Below, in pieces: positions 25,803-36,306 of a DNA stretch of 64,000 nt. This DNA comes from Glaucostegus cemiculus. Its lineage: Eukaryota. Where the stretch lies: NCBI GenBank assembly GCA_976551045.1, contig CDPCPM010000176.1, positions 7,750,001-7,814,000 of the forward strand, in the 5' to 3' direction. Every line of letters starts with the position of its first letter. The stretch's first letter is position 1. The notes under the pieces are model-generated. The model worked only from the letters and a program-made list of their open reading frames with translations, did not search any database and was not told where the DNA came from. Position numbers and translations under genes: made by a program.

Positions 25803-26530
25803 TTCTATAAGACTATAAGACATGGGAGCAGAATTAGGCCAGTCGGCCCTTCAAGTCTGCTCCACCATTCGATCATGGCTGATTTATTTTTCCCTCTCAA
25901 CCCCATTTTCCTGCCTTCTCCCTGTAACCTTTGACGCCCTTACTAATCAAGAACCTATCAACCTCCACTTTAAATTTACCCAATGACTTGGCCTCCACAG
26001 CTGCCCGTGGCAATGAATTCCACAGATTCACCTCCCTCTGGCTGAAGAAATTCCTCCTCATCTCTGTTCTAAAGGGACGTCCTTCTATTTTGAGGCTGTG
26101 CCCTCTGGTCCTAGACTCTCCCACTGATGGAAACATCCTCTCCACATCCACTCTATCCAGGCCTTTCAATATTCCGCAGGTTTCAATGAGATCTCCCCTC
26201 ATCCTTCCAACCTCCAATGAGTACAGGCCCAGAGCCATCAAACTCTCCTCATGTGCTCATCTTTTCATTCCCAGGATCATCTCGTAAACCTCCTCTGGAC
26301 CCTCTCCAACGCCAGCACATCCTTCCTTGGATACGGGGCTCAAAACTGCTCACAATGCTCCAAGTGTGGTCTGACCAATGCCTTATAAAGCCTCAGCATT
26401 ACATCCTTGCTTTTATATTCTAGTCCTCTCGAAATGAATGCTAACATTGCATTTGCCTTCCTTACTATTGACTCAACCTGCAAGTTAACCTTCAGGGAAT
26501 CCTGCACCAGGACTCCCAAGTCTCTTTGAA
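25803..26530 (-). mobile_element. CR1 LINE 3' fragment
   Basis: ORF 25897..26241 ESRTRGHSLK...RRNFFSQREVNLWNSLP; (TCTTATAG)n tail. Confidence 0.9.
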
Positions 26531-28696
26531 CTTCCGAAATTCAGTTCCAAAATGGAGATGATGAGGAAGACATAATGGAGAGCTTCAAAGCCAAAGGAAG
26601 ACTTAAACAAAAAAACAAGGACCACCAGTTGGGGAAAAGGAGCAGAGCAGCAGATTGGTGAGACTGGACCAAAACTAATATGGACTCTGCAAGCGGAGGC
26701 AGTGTTAGAAGCCAGAAGACCAGAAGAAATTTACATCCAGAAGCCTTGGTGCAAAAGAATTCTGTTGACAGAGACGGCTTAACATGATATTATACAATAT
26801 AATATAATATAATACAAGACTATGATTTGCATTAATGGAAAACAAATAAAATTACAGAGCTCCAGTTTGAAAGCAGTAACCCCTCTACTCTCCCCCCAAT
26901 TCTGAGGAAGAGTTGCTGACCTGAAGTGTTGACTGGTTCCTCTTTCCTCAGGTACTGCTTGACTAGCTGAGTTTTCCCAATATTTCTGTTAATTCCTGAA
27001 TTCCATTATTCAGGTTAGCACCACTCAGTGATCGATGTCGCCTAGGTAACTTCACACTGAGATCACTTTGTTCATGAACAAAGCATCACGGTAAATGAAG
27101 CATTCATTTTCTGGGCAATGGAAGAGCACACCTGAGGCTATTCATGGACCGTGGATGCTCTCAGAGTGCTGTGCCCTAGCACAGCAGGACTGTAGGTAGG
27201 GTGGACTACAGTGCAGAGGCAGACCCCAAGATACAGGCTTCAGAAGGAAAAATGGTGGATGGGTCTAAAAAGGGAAAAAAGTAAAAGGGAGAAGCATGTT
27301 TAGAAATGGAGAAGAAGGAAAGTCTACGTGTAAGACAATGTGTGGACAAGAAAAAGAAGATAGGGAGTGATAAAAGGCAACCGAAGACTGTTATTGTCAA
27401 GTCACGCTCTTTGGTGGTGTACCAGATATGTTGTATAATTGGATTGGTTGTAGTTATTAATTAGGACTATTAGATATACGCATTGTTTATGTAATCTGTG
27501 TGCTGCATACAGTGCTTAAGGTTCTGGAGATAATTAACACTAATGTGACAATTATGGAGATGTTAAGTACATCTGGCAGTGAGGAACCTGTAGATGAATC
27601 TATGAAATGAGCATATCAATATTTGATAACCGTATAGCCATTTGAGTCATAGAGTCCATACGTAACAGAAACAGGCCCTTCAGCCCATCATGCTCATGCT
27701 GCCTGTTTACCTATTTACACTAATCCCATTTACCCACATTAGGTTTCTATCCTTCTGTGCCTTGCACAATTATATGTAGACATTTTACGTAAATAATTAG
27801 TTGATAGCATAAATTCAAAAATGTAGGTAGTTACCTGACGATGTAAGTCAATGTTTGTAAAGAGGTAATGGTTTGCATGGGTTTATTATCTCTTTTAAAG
27901 GGAAAATAATTTGGTAAATATAAATGTGAGTGTACCTTTAAGAACTTGGTATATCACTTGGTATGACCTTGGAGATTTCTTGCTCCAGACTCTGTTGTTG
28001 GCTTGACAATAGCTGCCTTCACCAAAGGCTGTCCTATTGTTAAATCTCTCTGGACTGATAGTACATGTGACGTTATACACACCTACGAACATTACAAAAT
28101 CCCAGCTAAGTCGTGGTGTTCTATGTGCTATCTCACAGGGTGGGATCACACCTGGCATCTGGAGTTCTGACTGAAGCTTGGTATTTAAATTTCAGTTCAG
28201 TCATCCGGTACTTCTGACTCCATATCTTAGTAAGTCTCACTGAGACTGGAAAATAGTTGGTAATCCAAGCTAACGACCAGGATATTTCATGAAAGAAAAG
28301 CAATGCTGACAATGTCAGGACAGGATTTCTTCCTGTGATCTCCTCCACTAAGGCAGACAGACTCTGGATCCTCCCACGCCAAACATTGTTGCAACAGCAC
28401 AGAGCAGTTAGTCCTTTGTATTAATAGTCATAATCCTTCAAGTGGTATAACCTTGCAACACTTTGAGTGTTCCCAACCAATATTAGATATACCCCTGAGG
28501 TGAAAGACAGTGTGTTCTCCCACACTAGTCCCTCAGATCTGACTATTGAATCAGTGGAGCTCCAAGGCTCCTGAACACTGAACCAATTAATACTCAATGG
28601 CACTTTCTGATAATTCAGCTGCAGCTTCCAATGCCTGAACAATCTTTTTGCCCCATCTGACTGAGGAAGCTAATCAGTACTCAATAAAACTCATAC

Positions 28697-28779
28697 CTGC
28701 AAGCCATTGGTAAAGTTTAGGTAGGTATCAAGGCCCAACGCATTGTGACAAGTGCCAGCATCCTTCAGTACATATGCAC
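28697..28779 (-). CDS. Uncharacterised secreted Cys-rich protein, exon 2
   Basis: 83 nt, ctttag/ ... CAG/gtatga; phase 1 to 0; (G)AYVLKDAGTCHNALGLDTYLNFTNGLQ; bridges exons 1 and 3 in frame. Confidence 0.75.
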
Positions 28780-30620
28780 CTAAAGCAACAAAGTTATTTC
28801 ATCAAAACTCATCAAAGTGACTTCAGAATATTTACTATTCCTGCTCATGCATAGCATACACTATGCATCCAGTACATAGCACACCACAGCCATGTTATTT
28901 AATGGGCTGAACCTTCAACCTCTATAATACATACTGCTCCTGTGCCTGTTACCATGCAAAGATTTGCAATTTCTGCTCCCTTCCATCCTATCCACAGTAC
29001 TTTACAGCAAAAGCTCAGTGCCTCTTACAGTCCAGTCATAGACTCATAGAGTCACTAAGCACAGAAGAAGGTACTTCAGCCCAACTGGTCCATGCTTGCA
29101 AGAAGCCCATCTCCCTCTAAACCTGCCCTATCCATGTACCTGTCCAGCTGTCTGTTAAATGTTGTTATTAAACTCTGGTTTCCAGACTCATGCCACATCC
29201 CAAAGCCATGGCGTTTATTGGTCACTGTAAAGTGCCCTTGGTGTAGGTGGGAGGTATTTGGGGTAGAGTTAATGGGAATGTGGGGAGAATTGGTTACGAG
29301 GAAGATTAGTAGAGGATTGGGATTGCACAGTGTGATGGTTGGTCCAGGATATATCACGGGATTGGGATATCAACAGGAGGAAGAATGTTGAGAGAATGGA
29401 TGGTTTGTGGGGGGGGGGGAGGAGAAACGTTGAGGAAAGGGACACTGTGGCATGATGTGTGATCGGCTGTGGTGGTCAGTCGTGATGAGGATTGGGGAGT
29501 GTGAGGTTGGTGGGGTTGGTGTGGTTCCCAGTAAGTAGGAGGGAGGGCAGAGGGTGTGCATCACATACCACATCCATAGCATTTAATGGGCAGAACCATA
29601 GTGGTGAACATCAACCAAAAGACAGGGTAATGATGATGGTGATAAGATGATCAGATGACGAGCTCATTGAGTTCTCCTTTACCTAATGCCAGCACAACCC
29701 TTCTTGTACAACCTGCCTCAACGTGTAACGTGCTGTCCGCAGGTCTCAATGCTCACATGATGTTGAGGTGAGTTCTGCATGTTGTATGACCTCAGTGACC
29801 ATGCCCTGTGGCCTTTGGTCCATGACCCATAATTCACACACGGATGCAGAACAACATTTCAAAAGGGTGCAGTTCATGTGCCAAAGACCTGCTGCTATGT
29901 GGTGACCAGCTTTGAGCTTAAGTTCCTTATGTAGCGGTGCAGCCCCCCTGGAGCACCACACTTTCCCATGGTGGGGGTATCAAAAAACAGGAGGGCATGG
30001 GTTTAAGTTGAGGCCAAGGGGTTTTAAAAGAGATCTGAGGGGTAAGTTTTCCTCACTGAGGGTGTGTGATATCGGGAACCACTGCCAGAGGAGGTGGTGA
30101 AATCAGAGACAATCACTATGTTTAAGCGACATTTAGACGGACACTTAAATAGGCAAGGCAGTGAAGGACGTGGACCTAATGCGGACAAGTGTGATTACTC
30201 TAGATGGGCAAAAAGGTCAGCAGGGGGGGGGTGGGCCAAAGGGCCTGTGTCTGTGCTGTACTACAGGGCTGGCTTGGATTACATACCTCAGTAGGAGTCC
30301 AACGCACTGACATTGAGGCAATAGCTGGTAAATGCCGTGTCATGATCCCTGTATCCTATGCAATCAATTGCTATTAATTCAATCTCTCCCTCCTGCTCAT
30401 ACCTTTTACCCTTTATAGACCTTCTCAAGCTGCTGCCTAATTCCCCCTCTAAAGCTATAATAGGGATTGTTCTTGATACTGACAAAGCTAAAACCTCTGA
30501 GTAGCTCCAATTGCAACTCCTGCTCTGGTAATGTTTTCACCCGCACCCCCATCTTCCCCCTTCTCCCCGCACTCCCTGCGGCCAGGCCGCTTGCGGTGAC
30601 CCAGTTTAAACGCACTGTAC

Positions 30621-30678
30621 CTGGGGTGAGAACGCAGATGAAGCCAACCAGTCTGAGAACAGCAGGCGTACGAGCCAT
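30621..30678 (-). CDS. Uncharacterised secreted Cys-rich protein, exon 1 (signal peptide)
   Basis: gacATGG start, MARTPAVLRLVGFICVLTP(G), 58 nt, donor CAG/gtacag, TATAAA about 55 nt upstream of ATG. Confidence 0.75.
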
Positions 30679-30731
30679 GTCCACTTGTCTGATTCCTGTT
30701 CTCTGACCCTGACTTGCTCTGGGGGCTGGCG

Positions 30732-30804
30732 TTTATATTGTACAGCGCTGGGAGGAGGACAGACAGAGCAAAGAAACTGTTAATCATTAAACAGGTTGAG
30801 AAAT
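30732..30804 (-). promoter_or_regulatory. Proximal promoter of the secreted-protein gene: TATA box, HNF1 site, C/EBP-type site
   Basis: TATAAA (minus) 30732-30737; GTTAATCATTAAA 30779-30791 (12/13 to HNF1 consensus GTTAATNATTAAC); TTGAGAAAT 30796-30804 (fits TKNNGNAAK). Confidence 0.6.
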
Positions 30805-31234
30805 CCTTCCAACAATTGATTGTTCGAAGCAGGAAAATGGATTTGGAAAGTCCATGTGATCTTTGATTTCAAGGCAGAGGTTTCTACTTCTGAAAGATCA
30901 CATACGTTCCTCAAGGGCAGAGATTTACCCTGGAAGAGATGGCCAAGCTGTGAACGTGTAACAGTGCAGGTCTGTAAAGGAGAAAGCAGCTTTGGGTTGA
31001 TTAAGTGGTAGGAAAGAAGACTCAGTGGGAGAGAGAAAGACTTGTTGTTACCTTGTGACTATAGGATGTGCCTCCACTGTGACTAATCAGACCAGTACAG
31101 TTTTGGAAAAGACCCTCAATCATCCATTGACCCTGCATGGGAGGTTATTAAGGAAGGCAAAGGGGGCGTCTAAAACTACATCTCCCTCAATTCCTTTCAG
31201 TCAGCTTCACCTTAACTGTTTCTCATCCTGCAGA

Positions 31235-31870
31235 GAGTTTGAGTTCTAAGGAGAGGCTGGACAGGCTGGGACTATTTTCCCTGGAGCAAAGGAGGCTGAG
31301 GGGTGACCCCATGAGAGACATAGATAAGATGGATGGTCACAGTCCTTTCTCCAGGGCAGGGGAGTCTAAAACTAGAGGGCATAGGTTTAAGGTGAGAGGG
31401 GAAACTTTAAAGGGGACCTGCGGTGCACATTTTTCACACAGAGAGTGGCAGGAACGTGGAACGAGCTGCCAGAGGAAGTGGTAGAGGTAGGTACAATTGA
31501 TAAGTTTAACAATAGAACAATAGAACAATACAGTACAGAACAGGCCCTTCGGCCCATCAAGCTGTGCCATCCTACAAACATCTCCCAAACTAACTCTTTC
31601 CACCCTCATATCCTACTATTCCACATTCTTCCATGTGCTTATCTAACAATCTCTTAAACCTGTCCAACGTATCTACCTCCACTACCACCCCAGGCAGTGC
31701 ATTCCATGCACCAACCACATGTTAAAAAACATTTGGACAGGTACATGGATAGGAGGGGTTTAGAGGGGTATTGGTCAAAAGCAGGCAAATGGGATTTGCA
31801 TTGATAGGCATCTTGGTTGACAGGGATGAGTTGGGTGCCAGTGCCTGTTTCCGTGCTGTGGATCTATGAA
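31235..31870 (+). mobile_element. CR1 LINE fragment with nested inverted CR1 tail
   Basis: ERLDRLGLFSLEQRRLRGD...KTRGHRFK; 31512-31720 is a minus-strand CR1 3' end. Confidence 0.8.
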
Positions 31871-32139
31871 CCTAAGTTGACCTGCTGAGTGTTTCCAAAA
31901 CTTTCTGCTTTTATTTCAGATACCTAATATTTGCAGGTTTTTTTTGAGTTTCATAACTCAAGCCTAGGCCTTCCCTGCAGTTCCTATGAGTGAGGCCTGG
32001 TAAAAATGGAGATCTGGTCCTCACCGTGAGCAGCACATCATCTGCCACACAAGGCTCAATGAGAATGAATTTCCAGGCTAATTATAGTACAGAACCATTA
32101 AAAATAAGTGCACCACACTGGCATGACCTTGATACATTG

Positions 32140-33350
32140 TTGGACCAGAGAACTATCCAATCCCATTGGCCTGCATTAGGCCCTTGTCCCTCTATGTCTT
32201 TCCTATCTAAGTACCTGTCTTTTAAATGTTGTTATTTTGTCTGCCTCCACCACCTCCTCTGGCAGCTCGTTCCAGATAACCACCACACTCTGGGTGAAAA
32301 ATTTATTCCTGAGATCTCCCTTAAATTTCTATCCTCTCACTATCTAGTGAGAATAAATAAACTCTAGTACTGGTGAGACTAAACTCAGCCTGTCCAATCT
32401 CTCCTTATAACTACAGCCCTTCATCCCTGGTGAATCTCTTCCGCACTATCTCCATTTCTACTGCATCGTTCCCGTAGTGTGGTGACCACAACTGTACACA
32501 GTACTCTAAGTGTAGGCTAACCAATGTTTTGCAAACTGCAACACGACGTCCCAACTCTAATACTCAATGCCTCGGCTTATGAATACAAGCTTACTGAATG
32601 CCATTTCCACTATGCTATCCACCAGTGCCATCACTTTTAGCTAGCTGTGGACTTGCACCGGTAGATCCATCTGTACGTCAACACTCTGAAGGTTCCTGCC
32701 ATTTACTTTATATGTCCTACTAGAATTTGACCTCCCAAAGTGCATTATCTCACACTTGTCTTGATTAAATTCCATCCTTAGTTGGTCTCTAGCTTCCAGG
32801 CTTATTCCCACTACCTTTTTTGAATAAGGAGACAACAGTCACTATCCTCCAGTTTTCTGCTATCTCAACCATGGCTAACAAAGTTGTAAAAATACCCACT
32901 ATAGCCTCAGTATTCTTCACCCTTGCTTTCCTTAGCATCCTCGGATAAGATCCTATCTGGTCCTGGGGAGTTATCCACTCTAATATGCTCCAATATTTGT
33001 AGCACCTCCTCCTTCCTAATACAGTCATGCTCCAGAATATCAGCGTACCCCTCCCTTAAATCTCCAGCCACCACAACCTTCTTCCTGTTGAACACCAGAG
33101 AAGTATTCAACGAGGATCTTGTTCATATCTCTTGGCTCCATTCACAAATTACCCCTTTGGTCCCTGACAGGACCTTTTCCTGCCTTAGCTACCCTCTTAA
33201 TCTTACTTTCCAAGGCCATTCTGTGGCCCCTTTCTACCAAATTTCTTTCACATGTTTTCTCCTACATCCCCTATAAACCTCAAGCGAGTTGTTTGATATC
33301 AATTTCCTTTCCCTGACATATACTTCCTTCTTTTCACTGATCAAACCTCT
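32140..33350 (-). mobile_element. Decayed CR1 ORF2 fragments
   Basis: NSPGPDRI, YPRMLR, MEFNQDKCEIMHFGRSN motifs in three frames. Confidence 0.8.
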
Positions 33351-36157
33351 GCTGGAAGACCAAGTTTCAGGCAGACTCCAAGTTGATGATCTTCCAGCAG
33401 CACTTGATGTCTGTCTCCATGGGAGAAGCCCGTTGATCAGAGACTGAGTTCACAATCACACTCACCCTGTTGAGCACTGATAAGTTGCAGGGGGAATGGG
33501 CAGGCACGGTAGTGCAACGCTTTATAGCACCAGTGACCCAGGTTCAATTCCAGCCGCTGTCTATAAGGAGTTTGTACATTCTCCCCGTGTCTGTGTGGGT
33601 TTCCTCTGGGTGCTCCGATTTCCTCCCACGTTCCAAAGACGTATGGGTTAGGAAGTCGTGGGCATGCTATGTTGGCACTGGGAATGTGGCGACACTTGCG
33701 GGCTGCCCCCAGAACACTCTACACAGAAAGATATATTTCACTGTGTGGTTTGATGTACGTGTGACTAATAAAGATATCTTAATTTGTACGTTCTCCCGTG
33801 TCTGCGTGGGTTTCCTCCGGGTGTTCCGGTTTCCTCCCACATTCTGAAGGACATACGGGTAGGTTAATTTGGGGGTTAAAATGGGTGGCGTGGACTCGGA
33901 GGGCCGAAAGGGCCTGTTCCCACGTTGTAAAAAATAAAATTAAAATAAAAATTAAAATAAATCTTATCAACGTCTTCTGTTAAACAGTGTTCCCAAAACT
34001 TGCCTCCTACCCTCACAAGGTCACGCTGACTCAGAACTCTTCCTATCTTGCTTTTACTCCCACTTATCAGATGTTCCCCCTCTAACAGCTGCTCCTGATC
34101 TACCTCTCCTGTGTTACACTATTGAAATCCACCTTCCCCCAGTTTATGACCCTAACTCAAGTACCGACTCCATCTGTTTCTGTGGCTATCCTGAAGCTTG
34201 CAAAACTATGGTCACTGTCTCCAAGGGGTTCCACACACACTTCAATCATTTTCTCATCCTCATTCCCTAAAATAAGATCAAGTACAGTCCCCTCCCTAGC
34301 AGGACTCACTACATACTGCTTCAGAAAACCCCCTTGAATGCTTTTTGCAAAGTCTATCCTCATATAAGCCCCTTGCATTAAAGCAATCCCAGTCAATACT
34401 GAGAAATTTAAAATCTTGGATCAGATGAAGTGTCTTCACCCAAAACATGGACTGTCCATTTCCTTCCACAGATGCTGTCTGACCCGCTGAATTCCTCTAG
34501 CACCTTTTGTGTTGCTCCAGATTCCAGCACCTGCAGTCTCCTGTGTCTCTTTAACAGATTAAAGATGCAGAGATTGTGTCTACATTTGCAAAGCAGTTAC
34601 AAGAAACAAATGAATTGATAGCACTGATGAAAATGAGTGGACTCGATCTGATTGCCATTATAAATTGTGTTCGCAGATTGGAAGCGAAATATTCTAGTTT
34701 TAGGGGAGATGGACATGACAGAAAAGACGGGTTTGTGTTTGGATGATTGTGGTGGTGTTGGGGAGAAACAGCTTTGATAATATCCATACAGGGAACATGG
34801 CGAGGGTAGGAAATCATGGCATAGCGTTGGTTAGCTTGGAAGCTAAGAAAACATAAGACGCAGAAAACACTGACGTGAGACATTACAGGTTAAACTGTGG
34901 GGTGGTGGTAATGGGCAGAGTACAAATCAGGAAGCTGGACCTGCATGTAAGAGGGTTGACAGCACTTGTGGGCACCTTGCTGTCACATTACCTGTGCTTG
35001 ACAAACGTGTCAGGGCAGACTCAACGGAAGAGTCTTTGAAGACAGTTTTTTAGATCAACATGTGAAAGAACCAATGTCTTATGTCTAATATTATGCAATG
35101 AGAGAATTAATTAATTATCTTGTAGCAAAGACCTTGGATAGGAGTACCCGATTAGGAAGAACTTTCGTCCTGAGTGTGGAAGTGATTTAAAGCTCTAAGC
35201 CTAGCACTTGATCTGAACTAAGCAAAACAGTCACTGAAAAGTGAGGTGTGTAAGAATTTCTTGTCATAGAAGGTGGCAAATGCCTGGAATTCTCTACCTG
35301 GGAAGATTGCGGAGGCTAGATCATTGTTGGTATTTAAAGAGGAGGTGCATACATTTTTTTTGAAAAATCAAGGGATTGAGCGTACAACTGGCACAGAAGA
35401 GGAGGTGATGCCTGGGGTTGATCAGCTAGGCTTGAGGGTTCCAGTGGTCCACTCCTGCTTCTGTTTTCTTGTGTCCCCTCAGTGAGTTAATGTAGATAGA
35501 AGGGCTGAAAAAGCTAAAGTGGATTGGGAGGTTAGATTTAAAATAGAAGATAAAATGATTGGAAATTATTCAAGATTAAGATCTCTTTATTTGTCACACG
35601 TACATCGAAACACACAGTGAAATGCGCCTTTTGCATAGAGTGTTCTGGGGGCAGCTCGCAAGTGTCACCACGCTTCCAGCGCCAACATAGCATGCCCACA
35701 ATTTCCTAACCGGTATGTCTTTGGAATGTGGGAGGAAACGGGAGCACCCAGAGGAAACCCACGCAGACACAGGGAGAACGTACAAACTCCTTACAGACAG
35801 TGGCGGGAATTGAACCTGGGCTGCTGGCGGTGTAATAGCGTTACACTAACCTCTACACTACCGTGCTTGCCTCAAATTAGTCTCAACGAATAAGTTCATG
35901 ATTTGCATGAAGGAATGAAAACCCCTGTGAAAGTGGCAAACTGGCCCCGATGAAAGGTCTTGACCTGAAACATCGGCTGTTTATTTCCCTCCGTAGATGC
36001 TGCTTGACCCGCTGAGTTCCTCCAGCATTTTGTGTCTGTTTCTCCAGATTCCGGCATCTGCAGGATCTCTTGTGTCTCCAGTGGCAAACTGGAGAAGCTA
36101 AAGACAGCGTTGATTAAAGGAGGGGTTTTATGGGCTAAATTGTGTTGACCATTTGCC

Positions 36158-36306
36158 NNNNNNNNNNNNNNNNNNNNNNNNNNNNNNNNNNNNNNNNNNN
36201 NNNNNNNNNNNNNNNNNNNNNNNNNNNNNNNNNNNNNNNNNNNNNNNNNNNNNNNNNNNNNNNNNNNNNNNNNNNNNNNNNNNNNNNNNNNNNNNNNNNN
36301 NNNNNN
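36158..36306. other. Assembly gap (others at 39024-39157, 53649-53815, 63678-63845)
   Basis: Runs of N. Confidence 1.

Noticed and set aside
27206-27295. Strong pyrimidine tract and AG as candidate exon 2 of the secreted gene
   Set aside because: Required phase-1 frame hits TAG with no good donor; 28697-28779 fits
30488-30787. ORF MINSFFALSVLLPALY... resembling a signal peptide
   Set aside because: Runs through the HNF1/TATA promoter and is out of frame with exon 2 at the donor; the ATG at 30678 fits TATA, Kozak and phase
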